Shown: positions 9,228 through 19,218, numbered from the stretch's first letter. The stretch is 64,000 nt of DNA from Acidimicrobiales bacterium (GCA_965116665.1 OZ220709.1:2516062-2580061); one strand, 5' to 3'. The notes: generated from the letters alone by a model not told the origin. Numbers and translations: made by a program.

Positions 9228-10139
9228 TCAGCCCGGGGAGGGGGCGGGGAGGTCCTGCTCGAGCGTGAGCGTCGCCGCGAACAGGTCGCCGTGCTCCTCG
9301 ATCCGCTCCAGCACCTCAGCCGCCACGAATGTGAGCGGCTCACCGTCGGCACCGTCGGAGACCTCGTCCCAGGTGACCGGTGTCGATGCGGTGGGGCGGT
9401 CCATCCCCCGCAGCGAGTAGGGGGCGATGGTGGTCTTGAAGCGGGCATTCTGACCCCAGTCGATGAACACCTTGCCGGCCCGGAGACTCCGCTTCATGAT
9501 CGACACCACCTGGGCCGGCATGCGCTGCTCCAGCAGCTGGGCCACCGCCCGGGCGAAGCCCGCCGCATGGTCGTGGGTGTGGGGCCGGTTGAGGGGCACG
9601 TACAGCTGCAGCCCCTTGCTGCCTGAGGTCTTCGCCCAGGCGGCCAGGCTCACCGCTTCCAGGACCTCCCGGATGTGCAGCGCCACCCGGCAGCACTCGA
9701 TGATCGTGGCCGGCTTGCCCGGGTCGAGATCGAACACGACCATGTCGGGCGAGTCGATGTGGCCGCAGCGGGCCATGGGGGCGTGGATCTCCAGGGCGGC
9801 CAGGTTGGCCGACCATGCCAGCGACGCCACCGAGTCCAGCCGGCAGTAGTTGATCTGCCCTCCCCGGTCGCCCGGTCCGGCGCACGTACCCACCCACTCT
9901 GGGCGGTGGCTCGGGCACCGCTTCTCGAAGAACGACTCAGCGGTCACCCCGTCGGGCCAGCGCCTCAGAGTGATCCCCCGGTCGCGGATGTGGCCCAGCA
10001 TCACCGGCGCCACCCTCACGTAGTAGTCGATGACCTGCGCTTTGGTGAAGCCGACGAGCGGGTACATCACCTTGTCGAGGTTGCTCACCGACAGCTGCCG
10101 GCCGCCTACGGTGACCGCCACACGCTCGGGTGCGCTCAC
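9228..10139 (-). CDS. ligD: NHEJ primase-polymerase (stand-alone LigD polymerase domain)
   Basis: VSNLDKVMYP..GFTKAQVIDYY..V.P..L.H..DR..TL.R.PDG, and it lies next to Ku. Confidence 0.85.
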   Translation of the reverse strand: MSAPERVAVTVGGRQLSVSNLDKVMYPLVGFTKAQVIDYYVRVAPVMLGHIRDRGITLRRWPDGVTAESFFEKRCPSHRPEWVGTCAGPGDRGGQINYCRLDSVASLAWSANLAALEIHAPMARCGHIDSPDMVVFDLDPGKPATIIECCRVALHIREVLEAVSLAAWAKTSGSKGLQLYVPLNRPHTHDHAAGFARAVAQLLEQRMPAQVVSIMKRSLRAGKVFIDWGQNARFKTTIAPYSLRGMDRPTASTPVTWDEVSDGADGEPLTFVAAEVLERIEEHGDLFAATLTLEQDLPAPSPG

Positions 10140-10171
10140 CGCTGCTCGCCTTTCTTGGATCGTTGCGGCCG

Positions 10172-11071
10172 TCAGGCCGACCGGCGGACCTGCTCGGCCT
10201 CAGGCTCGGACGCCTCCCCGTCGGCGGAAGCCTCGCTGGGGGCAGGAGCGTTCTCGCCGGCCACGGCCGGATGGCGCTTGCGGGCCTCCTTGGCCGCCGC
10301 CACCGAGGCCTCCAGCGCGGCCATCAGGTCCACGACAGTGTCGGAGGACGGCGAGGGCGCGGCCACCGTAGCGGCCGTGTCGCCGGATGCCTTGCGCTCG
10401 ATGAGCTCCAGCAGGGCCTCCCGGTAGGAGTCGGTGTAGCGGCCGGGCTCGAATTCGGACTCGAGGGCGGCAATGAGCTGGCGGGCCATGGCCGTCTCCC
10501 GCTCGTCCACCGCTATGTCGCCCAGGGAGTCGAAGCCGCCGAGCTCATCGGGGGCCACCAGCTCGTCGGCGTACACCATCGTCGACAGCATCAGCCGGCC
10601 GTCGACCGGGCGGATGGCGGCCAGATGCTGCTTGGAGCGCATCACGAAGTGGCAGATGCCCACCTTGTTGGCCTCGGCCATGGCCTCGGCCAGCAGCTTG
10701 TAGGGCTTGGCCGTGGTCTCGTCGGGCACCAGGTGGTACGCGCTGTCGTAGAACACAGGATCGATGTCGGCGAGATCGATGAATGCGTCGATGTCGATGG
10801 TGCGGGCCGCGACGGGAGCCAGTTGCTCGAACTCGGCCTCGGTGACGGTCACGTAGCCACCCGAGGGCAGCTCGTAGCCCTTCACGATCCGCTCGGACGA
10901 CAGCTCCGAGTCGTCGGCCGACGACACCTTCTTGTACCGCACTCTGGCTCCGGTCTCGGCGTCGAGCTGGTTGAAGCGCACCGTCTTGCGGCTCACCGCA
11001 CTGAACAACTGCACGGGGATCGTCACCAATCCGAAGCTGATGGATCCCTTCCAGATCACTCTCGGCACCAC
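10172..11071 (-). CDS. ku: Ku DNA end-binding protein
   Basis: N-terminus IWKGSISFGLVTIPVQLFSAV. GAGGAGG lies upstream of the GTG start. Confidence 0.9.
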   Translation of the reverse strand: MVPRVIWKGSISFGLVTIPVQLFSAVSRKTVRFNQLDAETGARVRYKKVSSADDSELSSERIVKGYELPSGGYVTVTEAEFEQLAPVAARTIDIDAFIDLADIDPVFYDSAYHLVPDETTAKPYKLLAEAMAEANKVGICHFVMRSKQHLAAIRPVDGRLMLSTMVYADELVAPDELGGFDSLGDIAVDERETAMARQLIAALESEFEPGRYTDSYREALLELIERKASGDTAATVAAPSPSSDTVVDLMAALEASVAAAKEARKRHPAVAGENAPAPSEASADGEASEPEAEQVRRSA

Positions 11072-11146
11072 TGGCCTCCTCGCATCAGCGCGAGCCCGGT
11101 CAAGCCAGGTCTCGGCACGCAGGCCTCCGCACCGCCTGTGGACAGT

Positions 11147-12001
11147 TTATGGGGCGAGGAGGATTCGGGCCACCAGGTCCTGGCCGAAGGCGGTGACGAT
11201 GGCCAGGTACACCAGGCCGGTGGCGGCCATCACCGCCGAGTACTGGCGCTCACGCAGCGCGGCTCTGGCTACCGCCACCAGCAGCAGCGTCATGGCCGTG
11301 CAGCCGACCCAGAACCAGCCGAGGAGGCCGTTGTAGCCATCGTCGATGGTGCCACTGAGCACCGACACCATGCCTGTAGGCCACAGCATCACGATGGTCT
11401 CGGGCAGCCACAGTAGTCCGGCGGCCCGCACCATCTGCAGCAGCGGGCCGCGAGCCAGGCCGGGCTGCACCAGATACCAGTGGCCCAGCAGCATGGCGCT
11501 GAGCACCGCCCCGGTGAACAGGGCCCCGACCAGGGTGCGGGCCACCGATAGCCCGGCCGGGCCCTCCGCGGCGATCGCGCCCAGCAGGGTCGCCAGCAGG
11601 CCCACCGCCGCCGCGGCCAGGTCGAGACCGGGAGGGAACTCAGGCGCCGAGGCGTCGAATCGAGTCTCGGCACGGTCGATGCCGGTCATCCCGGCCACCC
11701 GGGCCGACCGGCGCTCGATCTGGGCCCGCTGGCCCCGGGTGCCGGCCGACCGGCGGGCCACCGACACCGCGTATGAGACCAGGCCGGCCCCGATGAAGAC
11801 CAGCGTCACTGCGTCCCGGGACCATGCCGGTTCGGTGGCGAAGGCCGCGACGAGCGATCCCGCGGCCAGGGCGAGGAAGATCCCCCGCATCAACCAGCCG
11901 TAGCCGAGCCCGACCTCGCGCCGGCGGGTGGTGACCCACAAGAAGAACCAGCCACCGGCGGCCCAGCCCACCAGAAGCGTGGCCGCGTGGAGCTCGATCA
12001 T
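11147..12001 (-). CDS. Integral membrane protein, unknown function
   Basis: 284 aa with several hydrophobic helices. It sits in the same-strand gene string. Confidence 0.55.
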   Translation of the reverse strand: MIELHAATLLVGWAAGGWFFLWVTTRRREVGLGYGWLMRGIFLALAAGSLVAAFATEPAWSRDAVTLVFIGAGLVSYAVSVARRSAGTRGQRAQIERRSARVAGMTGIDRAETRFDASAPEFPPGLDLAAAAVGLLATLLGAIAAEGPAGLSVARTLVGALFTGAVLSAMLLGHWYLVQPGLARGPLLQMVRAAGLLWLPETIVMLWPTGMVSVLSGTIDDGYNGLLGWFWVGCTAMTLLLVAVARAALRERQYSAVMAATGLVYLAIVTAFGQDLVARILLAP

Positions 12002-12019
12002 CGCGGCTGCACCAGCCGG

Positions 12020-13123
12020 TCAGGCGACGACGGCCAGGCGGTGATCGACGCGGTTGAGCGGGTCCGGACCGTCGGACGAGGCGACCACGATGTCCTCGAG
12101 GCGGGCCCCCCAGCGGCCGGGCACGTAGATGCCGGGCTCCACCGAGAAGGCGTTGCCCGCGGCCAGCGGCTCGCGGTTGCCCTCCACGATGTAGGGGTCC
12201 TCGTGCTCCTCGGTGCCGATCCCGTGGCCGGTGCGGTGAATGAAGTACTCGCCGTAGCCGGCCGAGGAGATCACCGACCGGGCGGCCCGGTCGACATCCT
12301 GGGCGGGGGTGCCCACCGCGGCCGCGGCCACGCCTGCGGCCTGAGCCTCGAACAGAACGTCGTAGAGCTCGTTGAACTCTGCCGGCGGCTCTCCGGTGTA
12401 GACGCATCGGGTGATGTCGGAGCAGTACCCCACCCCGTCGTCGCCGACCATGGTGCCCCCGAAGTCGCAGAGCACCACCTCGCCCTCGGAGATCACGTGC
12501 TGGCCCGCCTCGTGGTGGGGGCTGGCCGCATTGGCGCCGGCGGCGACGATGGCGAAGTTCACCCGGTCGTGGCCCTCGGCGAGGATCTGGCGGCCCAACT
12601 CGGCCGAGACCTCGGCCTCGGTCCGACCCACCAGCTCGATCCCGCCCCGCTGGAGCCGGCCCGCGATCCGGTCCACTGCCGCGCCCGCGGCCCGCAGGCG
12701 CTCGATCTCGGTCCTGTCCTTCACCGAGCGGATCGGCGCGGTCACCGCCGAGGCCCGCCGCCACGCCGCCGACGGCATGGCCCCCATCAGCTCGACCAGG
12801 AAGCGCGCCCACATCTGATCGCCGACCGCGGCCACTGCCGCGGCCCCGGCCAGTCCGGCGACGATGGCCACCGGGTCCTCGGTCTCGTCCCAGGGCCGGA
12901 TGTCGAACACCTCGGGACGCTCGGTCACCCGGGGCGCCTCCATGCGGGGCACGACCAGCGTCGCCTCGCCGTCGCGGGGCACCACCAGCATGGTGAGACG
13001 CTCCAGTGGCATGGCCTCGTACCCGCAGAAGTACGGCAGGTCCGCCCCCACCGACAGCAGCAGCACCTCGACGCCGTGCGCGGACATCAGTTCCCGGGCC
13101 CGGTCCAGACGCTCGACGAACAT
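12020..13123 (-). CDS. M24 family Xaa-Pro peptidase
   Basis: HRTGHGIGTEEHEDPYIVEGN and a creatinase-like N-terminal domain. Confidence 0.85.
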   Translation of the reverse strand: MFVERLDRARELMSAHGVEVLLLSVGADLPYFCGYEAMPLERLTMLVVPRDGEATLVVPRMEAPRVTERPEVFDIRPWDETEDPVAIVAGLAGAAAVAAVGDQMWARFLVELMGAMPSAAWRRASAVTAPIRSVKDRTEIERLRAAGAAVDRIAGRLQRGGIELVGRTEAEVSAELGRQILAEGHDRVNFAIVAAGANAASPHHEAGQHVISEGEVVLCDFGGTMVGDDGVGYCSDITRCVYTGEPPAEFNELYDVLFEAQAAGVAAAAVGTPAQDVDRAARSVISSAGYGEYFIHRTGHGIGTEEHEDPYIVEGNREPLAAGNAFSVEPGIYVPGRWGARLEDIVVASSDGPDPLNRVDHRLAVVA

Positions 13124-13133
13124 GCCCGCAAGC

Positions 13134-14882
13134 CTAGATTCGAACCGTTCCGGCCTCGACGGCGGCGGCGGCGTCGGCGGCCTGACGGGCGTGGTAGCTG
13201 GAGCGGGTCAGCGGCGAGGACTCCACATGGCCGATGCCCATCGCCTCGCCGATCTCCTTCCACCGCTCGAAGGCCTCCGGCGGCCACCAGCGGTCGACCG
13301 GCAGGTGGCGGGCGGACGGCCGCAGGTACTGGCCGATGGTCACGATGTCGGTACCTGCCGAGTGCAGGTCGGCGAGGGTCTGAACCACCTCGTCGTGGGT
13401 CTCGCCCATGCCCGCGATGATCGATGACTTGGTGGTCAGCCCAGCCCCGGCGGCCCTGGCCAGAACCGACAGGCTCCGGGCGTAGCCGGCCGACGGGCGG
13501 ACGGCCCGCTGCAGGCGGGCCACCGTCTCGATGTTGTGGTTCAGCACGTCCGGGCGGGCGTCGAACACGGTCTGCAGGGAGTCGGGATCCCCGCCGAGGT
13601 CGCTGATCAGGGTCTCCACCCGGGCATCGGGCAAACGGTGCCGCAATGCGGCCACCGTGGCGGCCACTGCGGCCGCACCGCCGTCAGCGAGGTCGTCGCG
13701 GGCCACCATCGTCACCACCACATGCCCGAGACCCATGCGGGCCGCGGCCTCGGCCACCCGGGCCGGCTCCCCGGGATCGGCGGGCAGCGGGCGGCGGGTG
13801 TCCACCATGCAGAAGCCGCAGGCCCGGGTGCAGCGCTCTCCCAGGATCATGAACGTGGCGGTGCCGTCGTTCCAGCACTCCGAGATGTTGGGGCAGCCCG
13901 CCTCCTCGCAGACCGTCACCAGGTCGTGGTCCCGCAGGGTGGAGCGGATCTGGTGGAACACCGGCCCGGTGCTCAGCGGGACTCGCATCCACTCGGGCTT
14001 GCGGGACCGCAGCGGCACCGGCTCGTGGCGGTCGCCTTCGAGCCGGGCGGACGACAGGCGTCCCAGCAATCGAGGCGACACCCCCTCGGCGGCGGCCCCG
14101 GCCGCATCACCATCCGGCACGATCCCGGTGTCCGCGCCGTTGGCGGCCTCCCGGGTGAACTGGGCCATGTCGGCCGGAGCGACGCGGTGGGCGACATCGG
14201 CCCGATCGACGCGGCCAACGGGAGCCCAACGTTCGGTGGCCCGCCGGGCCACGAGATCCACGACCTCGCGCATCGAAGCGCCGATGCCCTCCTCCGCCAG
14301 CGACGTGACGCCCAGGCCGGTTATGCCGCAGGGCACGATCCGACCGAACCAGCTGAGGTCGGGTTCCACGTTGAGGGCGAACCCGTGCATGGACCGGGCC
14401 CTGGACAGCCTCACGCCGATGGCCGCGATCTTGCGGGGCCGCGCGCCGTCAGGATCAACCCACACGCCGGTATGCCGGTCCAGGCGGCCCGCGGCCACGC
14501 CCAGATCACCCAGCACGTCGATCAGGAGCTGCTCCACGCCGCACACGTAGGCCGCGGTGTCGGCCATTCCGCCGCCCCGCCTTCCCGGCACGGTCAGGAT
14601 GGGATAGCCGACGAGCTGGCCGGGGCCGTGGTAGGTCACCTCGCCGCCCCGGTCGGTCTCCACCACCGTGCCGCCGAGCGCCTCGACATCGACCAGCAGG
14701 TGCTCGCGGCGCCCTCGGCGCCCCAGAGTCACCACATGGGGGTGCTCCAGCAGCAGGAGGTGATCGTCGCGCGAGTGGGTGTGGAGGCGGCGCTGGAGCG
14801 CCAGGGCGTCGTCGTAGGCGACCCGGCCGAGCCAGCGGATCCGAAGGGTCCGACCGTCCGAGGACTCCGGGGCGGCGCTCAG
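13134..14882 (-). CDS. lipB-lipA: Fused octanoyltransferase LipB - lipoyl synthase LipA
   Basis: The C-terminal half is LipA (CEEAGCPNISECW...CTRACGFC). The N-terminal half is LipB. My translation upstream of the track start (14735, a GTG) gives TLRIRWLGRVAYDDALALQRRLH...LLLLEHPHVVTLGRRG, the conserved LipB N-terminus. The only near-cognate start upstream is CTG at 14882-14880, which overlaps the E2 stop (CTGA). Confidence 0.75.
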   Translation of the reverse strand: MSAAPESSDGRTLRIRWLGRVAYDDALALQRRLHTHSRDDHLLLLEHPHVVTLGRRGRREHLLVDVEALGGTVVETDRGGEVTYHGPGQLVGYPILTVPGRRGGGMADTAAYVCGVEQLLIDVLGDLGVAAGRLDRHTGVWVDPDGARPRKIAAIGVRLSRARSMHGFALNVEPDLSWFGRIVPCGITGLGVTSLAEEGIGASMREVVDLVARRATERWAPVGRVDRADVAHRVAPADMAQFTREAANGADTGIVPDGDAAGAAAEGVSPRLLGRLSSARLEGDRHEPVPLRSRKPEWMRVPLSTGPVFHQIRSTLRDHDLVTVCEEAGCPNISECWNDGTATFMILGERCTRACGFCMVDTRRPLPADPGEPARVAEAAARMGLGHVVVTMVARDDLADGGAAAVAATVAALRHRLPDARVETLISDLGGDPDSLQTVFDARPDVLNHNIETVARLQRAVRPSAGYARSLSVLARAAGAGLTTKSSIIAGMGETHDEVVQTLADLHSAGTDIVTIGQYLRPSARHLPVDRWWPPEAFERWKEIGEAMGIGHVESSPLTRSSYHARQAADAAAAVEAGTVRI

Positions 14883-16300
14883 CGGATCTCCGTCTCCCAG
14901 TCGCGGGTCTCGATGAGCTCCTTGACCCGGTGGAGGAATGCGGCCGCGTACGCGCCGTCGAAGGCCCGGTGGTCCCAGGCCATGGCCAGCACGCCCACCG
15001 AGTGGACAGCGATGGACTCGTTGCCGAAGGAGTCGGTCACCACCACCGGCTTGCGGGAGACACCGTCGGTGCTGAGGATGGCGACCTGCGGCTGGTTGAT
15101 GATCGGGAATTGCATCATCGTGCCGTACTGGCCGGCGTTGGTGAGCGTGAACGTGCCTGCGGACAAGTCGTCGGGCGACAGCTTGCGGCTGCGGGCCCGG
15201 TTGGCGAGATCGACGATGTCGCGGGCGATCTGGCGGAGGCGCTTGCCGTCGGCTCCCTGGATCACCGGCGCCAGCAGTCCCTCGAAGTCGATGTCGACCG
15301 CGATCGCCAGGTTGACATTGGAATGCACGATGAGCTCGTCGTCGCCGAAGCTGGCATTGAGGTGCGGGTAGTCGCGCAGTGCGTCCACCACTGCCCGGGC
15401 GATGAACGGCAGGTAGGTGAGGCTGAAGCCCTCGGCGGCCTTCCAGGCCTGCTTCGACGCCCGCCGGACGGCCTCCACTCCCTCGTAGTCGACTTCGATG
15501 GCGGTGAGCACGTGCGGGGACGTCTGCTTCGACATCACCATGTGATCGGCGGTGCGGCGCCGGATCCGGTTGAGCGGCACAACGCTGTCGCCGCTGCGGG
15601 CCGCGGGCACCGGCAACACCGCCGGAGCCTGCCGTGACGGTGCGGGACCGGCCGGTTCGGGATCGGTGGGAGGCTCGGCCGCTGGAGTCTCGACTGCGGG
15701 CTCTCCGGGCGCAGCGACGGCCTCGTCGGCTGACGCGCTGGCGCGGGCCCGGATGGCCTGCTCCACATCTGAGCGGGTGATCCGGCCCGCTCGCCCTGTG
15801 CCGGTGATGGTGGCCGGGTCGATCCCGCTCTCCGCGATCAGCCGGCGAACCACGGGAGACAGCACCAGTCCCCTTCCCGCCGACTTGGCCGCCCCCGACA
15901 CCGGAGGCGCGGCCGCGGCGGGTGGCGGCTCCGGAGCGGGCGGCTCGGGCGCGGGGGGTTCAGGCTCCGGTTCGGGGGGTTCAGGCTCCGGAGCGGGCGC
16001 GGGGGGCGGTTCAGACACCGGGGGAGGCTCGGGCGCGGTGGGTTCTGCGGGCGCCGGGGCGGCGGCGTCGGAGCCGACGCGGGCCAGCACCTGCCCCACC
16101 TCCACCACGTCGCCCTCATTGGCCAGAATCTCCGTGAGCACCCCGGCCACCGGGGACGGCACCTCGGTGTCCACCTTGTCGGTGGACACCTCGAACAGCG
16201 CCTCGTCGAGGGCGATCTCGTCGCCCACCTGCTTGAACCAGCGTGTGACGGTTCCCTCCGTCACCGTCTCGCCCAGCTGGGGCATCATGATGTCAGCCAT
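14879..16300 (-). CDS. 2-oxoacid dehydrogenase E2 (dihydrolipoamide acyltransferase)
   Basis: Lipoyl domain (EVSTDKVDTEVPSP), a Pro/Ala linker, a peripheral subunit-binding domain, and the catalytic DHRAFDGAYAAAFL. Confidence 0.9.
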   Translation of the reverse strand: MADIMMPQLGETVTEGTVTRWFKQVGDEIALDEALFEVSTDKVDTEVPSPVAGVLTEILANEGDVVEVGQVLARVGSDAAAPAPAEPTAPEPPPVSEPPPAPAPEPEPPEPEPEPPAPEPPAPEPPPAAAAPPVSGAAKSAGRGLVLSPVVRRLIAESGIDPATITGTGRAGRITRSDVEQAIRARASASADEAVAAPGEPAVETPAAEPPTDPEPAGPAPSRQAPAVLPVPAARSGDSVVPLNRIRRRTADHMVMSKQTSPHVLTAIEVDYEGVEAVRRASKQAWKAAEGFSLTYLPFIARAVVDALRDYPHLNASFGDDELIVHSNVNLAIAVDIDFEGLLAPVIQGADGKRLRQIARDIVDLANRARSRKLSPDDLSAGTFTLTNAGQYGTMMQFPIINQPQVAILSTDGVSRKPVVVTDSFGNESIAVHSVGVLAMAWDHRAFDGAYAAAFLHRVKELIETRDWETEIR

Positions 16301-16321
16301 GCGAGGCCCTCCTTGCGAGTG

Positions 16322-17734
16322 TCAGCCGTGCAGCGAGCGTCCCGTCAGGGACAGGGCGGCCTCGCCGAACAGCTCGCTCATAGTGGGGTGGGGCTGGATC
16401 AGGCCCGCCACCTCGGCCGCGGTCGCCTCCCAGTTGACGGCAAGATAGGCCTGCCCGAGCTGTTCCGTGACCCACGGGCCGGCCATGTGGACACCCAGGA
16501 TCCGACCGCCGGTGCCGTCTGAGAGCTTCTCGGCGATCACCTTGACCAGGCCGTCGGCCTCGCCGAGGATCTGGGCACGGCCGTTGCCCATGAACCGGTG
16601 GGTCGACGTGACCACCTCGAATCCTGCGTCCACCGCGCTCTGCTCGGTGTGTCCGGCGAAGGCCACTTCGGGGTGGCTGTAGATACACCACGGCGTGCCG
16701 TGATAGTCGAGCGGGTCAGGATCCTCGCCGCAGATGTCGGAAATGGCGAGCATCCCCTCGGCGAAGGCGGTGTGGGCGAGCTGGGGCGTGTCGACCACGT
16801 CTCCCACCGCCCACACGCCCGGCACCGTGGTCCGGCATAGGGCGTCGACCTCGACGAATCCCCGGCTGTCGACCGCCACTCCGGCGGCGTCCAGCCCCAG
16901 GCCCGCGGTGCGGGGCCGCCGCCCCACCGCCACCACCACCAGGTCGACTTCGACCTGCTTGCCGTCACCGAAGGAGACCACCGTGCCGGCGCCTTCGGCC
17001 TGCGGCTCGTGGCCGTGCACGATCACGCCGGTATGCACCGCGATGCCTCGCTTGCGGAAGGAGCGGCGCACGACCTTGGCCACGTCGACATCGCATCCGG
17101 CGAGGATGCTTTCGAGCGCCTCCAGCACGGTCACGTCCACGCCGAGGTCGCCCATCATCGATGCGAACTCGCAACCGATGGCGCCCCCGCCGATGACCGC
17201 GGCCGATACCGGCAGGCGCTCCAGGAAGAACAGTTCGTCCGATGTCACCACGATGCGGCCGTCGACCTCGAAGCCGCTGATGGTTCGGGGGGTCGACCCT
17301 GTGGCCAGGATGATCGCTGGAGCGGACACCGTCATCGGGGGCTCCCCACCGCCGGGATCCACCTCCACCGTCCCGGGCCCGTTGAGGCTGCCCGAGCCGG
17401 AGTAGACGGTGACCTTACGGTGGCCCAGCAGCCCGGAGAGGCCCGTGGTGAGCTGATCGATGACCCGCTGTTTGCGGCCCAGCACCGCCGACCAGTCGAT
17501 GCCCGGCGCCGACGCCGTTACGCCGAACTCGCCGGCGCGGGCGACGGTGCGGTACACCGAGGCTGCCTCGAGCAGCTCCTTGGCCGGGATGCAACCGACA
17601 TGCAGGCAGGTTCCCCCGACCTTGTTGTTCTCAACGACGGCCACGTCGAGGCCGGCGCCCGCGCCGCGCAGGGCCGCGGCGTAGCCGCCGGGTCCTCCTC
17701 CGATGACGATTACGTCGTGGGTCGCGTCGCTCAC
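16322..17734 (-). CDS. lpd: Dihydrolipoyl dehydrogenase (E3)
   Basis: GGGPGGY, the redox-active GGTCLHVGCIPAK, and a C-terminal HPT.SE motif. Confidence 0.92.
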   Translation of the reverse strand: MSDATHDVIVIGGGPGGYAAALRGAGAGLDVAVVENNKVGGTCLHVGCIPAKELLEAASVYRTVARAGEFGVTASAPGIDWSAVLGRKQRVIDQLTTGLSGLLGHRKVTVYSGSGSLNGPGTVEVDPGGGEPPMTVSAPAIILATGSTPRTISGFEVDGRIVVTSDELFFLERLPVSAAVIGGGAIGCEFASMMGDLGVDVTVLEALESILAGCDVDVAKVVRRSFRKRGIAVHTGVIVHGHEPQAEGAGTVVSFGDGKQVEVDLVVVAVGRRPRTAGLGLDAAGVAVDSRGFVEVDALCRTTVPGVWAVGDVVDTPQLAHTAFAEGMLAISDICGEDPDPLDYHGTPWCIYSHPEVAFAGHTEQSAVDAGFEVVTSTHRFMGNGRAQILGEADGLVKVIAEKLSDGTGGRILGVHMAGPWVTEQLGQAYLAVNWEATAAEVAGLIQPHPTMSELFGEAALSLTGRSLHG

Positions 17735-17906
17735 ACAGCCTCCCTGATCGTCCGGTGACCCTACCGGGTCAGGGGGCCATGAGTACCTGCACGGTGAAGG
17801 CCACCAGGATGACCAGACCGCACACCAGCGCGGTGAGGATCAGCGCACGAGTGCTCACGGTTCGCAGCCCACCGCCATGCTCGCAACCGACCCGGACGCC
17901 ACGGCC

Positions 17907-18167
17907 TCAGCGGCGACGGCGACGCCTTCGCCGCACGAATCCGAACACTTCGTTGAGGACGGCGCCCGCGACCGCGGCCACCAGGATCACCACCCACAGA
18001 GGGCCGGTCATGTCGAAGACCAGCCATTCGAAGGCCACATCGTCGCCGTTCTGGACGACGAAGAAGATCAGTGCCACCACCAGCAGCACAGCCGCCGCCA
18101 GTCCCGGCGGGATGGACAGCTTCTTGGCGTCGGGCTTGGTTTCCGGTGGCTTGGGCTCTTCGTTCAC
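17907..18167 (-). CDS. Small LapA/DUF1049-like membrane protein
   Basis: This is the C-terminal part of track ORF 17907..18866. A GTG at 18167 is preceded by GGGAAG. It has two hydrophobic helices (LAAAVLLVVALIFFVV, GPLWVVILVAAVAGAVL) and a poly-Arg tail. Confidence 0.45.
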   Translation of the reverse strand: MNEEPKPPETKPDAKKLSIPPGLAAAVLLVVALIFFVVQNGDDVAFEWLVFDMTGPLWVVILVAAVAGAVLNEVFGFVRRRRRRRR

Positions 18168-18251
18168 TGCGCTTCCCGTCTGGAGGGCCGGTTCGCCGAT
18201 GCGGGGACCGGCGAGGGTCCCTCGATCACGTTGGGATGGTAGACCACAGCC

Positions 18252-19163
18252 ATGGCGAACCAGATGCGAATCGCAGTCACCGGGTCGACCGGCCTGATCG
18301 GGCGGGCGCTGGTCGAACGGCTGGAGGCCGGCGGACACCTGGTTGTGCGGGTCGTCCGGCCGGGAGGCTCGGAGGGCCTGACTCCCTCCATGTCGGTCGC
18401 GTGGAACCCGGCCGTCTCCCGGATCGACGCCGAGGGGCTCGACGCGGTGATCCACCTTGCCGGTGAACCGATCGCGGCCCGGCGCTGGTCGGCGGACCAG
18501 AAGGAACGCATCGCCCAGAGCCGAGTGCAGGGAACCGCGCTGCTGGCCCAGGCGCTGGCCCGGCTCGACGCTCCGCCGGCTGTGCTGATCTCCGCGTCGG
18601 CCATCGGGTACTACGGGGACCGCGGCGACGAGTCCCTGGACGAGTCGTCCAGCGGCGGCGACGACTTCCTGGCCCGGGTGTGCCGCGACTGGGAGGCGGC
18701 GGCCGAACCGGCCCGGGCCGCGGGCATCCGGGTGGCCCATCCCCGCACCGGTGTGGTGCTGAGCCGGTCGGGGGGCGCGCTGGCCGAGATGCTGCCGTTC
18801 TTCAGGCTCGGCATCGGTGGGCGCATTGGCAGCGGGCGTCAGTGGATGAGCTGGATCAGCCTGCACGACGAGGTCGAGGCACTGATGTGGCTGCTGGAGG
18901 CCGACGTGGAAGGCCCCGTCAACCTCACCGCTCCCGAGCCGGTCACCAACCGGGAGCTGACCGCGGCGCTCGGCCGGGCACTGCGCCGCCCCGCGGTGCT
19001 GCCCACCCCCAAGCCCGCCCTATGGGCCAAGCTGGGCCGCGAGCTCACCGAGGCCCTGCTCTACAGCAGCGCCCGGGTGGCCCCTGCGGTGCTGCAGCGG
19101 GGCGGCTTCACCTTCGCCCACCCCGACATCGCCACCGGCCTCACCGCGGTCCTGGACCGGTAG
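18252..19163 (+). CDS. TIGR01777-type NAD-dependent epimerase/SDR family protein
   Basis: MRIAVTGSTGLIGRAL Rossmann motif, with overall length and C-terminal domain typical of that family. Confidence 0.8.
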   Translation: MANQMRIAVTGSTGLIGRALVERLEAGGHLVVRVVRPGGSEGLTPSMSVAWNPAVSRIDAEGLDAVIHLAGEPIAARRWSADQKERIAQSRVQGTALLAQALARLDAPPAVLISASAIGYYGDRGDESLDESSSGGDDFLARVCRDWEAAAEPARAAGIRVAHPRTGVVLSRSGGALAEMLPFFRLGIGGRIGSGRQWMSWISLHDEVEALMWLLEADVEGPVNLTAPEPVTNRELTAALGRALRRPAVLPTPKPALWAKLGRELTEALLYSSARVAPAVLQRGGFTFAHPDIATGLTAVLDR

Positions 19164-19171
19164 CCCAAGCG

Positions 19172-19218
19172 GAACTGGCAGCGTTTTGCACGTATAGCGA
19201 GCATTCTGCTGCCAGTTC
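19172..19218. repeat. 47-nt palindromic repeat family 2, copy 1 (probable bidirectional terminator)
   Basis: GAACTGGCAGC-N25-GCTGCCAGTTC with perfect 11-bp arms, located between convergent genes. Confidence 0.65.

Noticed and set aside
14879-14882. Possibility that E2 and LipB-LipA form one frameshifted polyprotein
   Set aside because: E2 ends with a normal C-terminus and a TGA. The LipB frame is offset, and nothing resembling a slippery site is visible. A coupled restart is the simpler reading.
15840-16090. Repetitive GC-rich DNA (GGCTCCGG..., GGGGGGTTCAGGCTCCGG...) in the E2 gene
   Set aside because: It encodes the Pro/Ala/Glu-rich inter-domain linker of the E2 acyltransferase. It is not a separate element.
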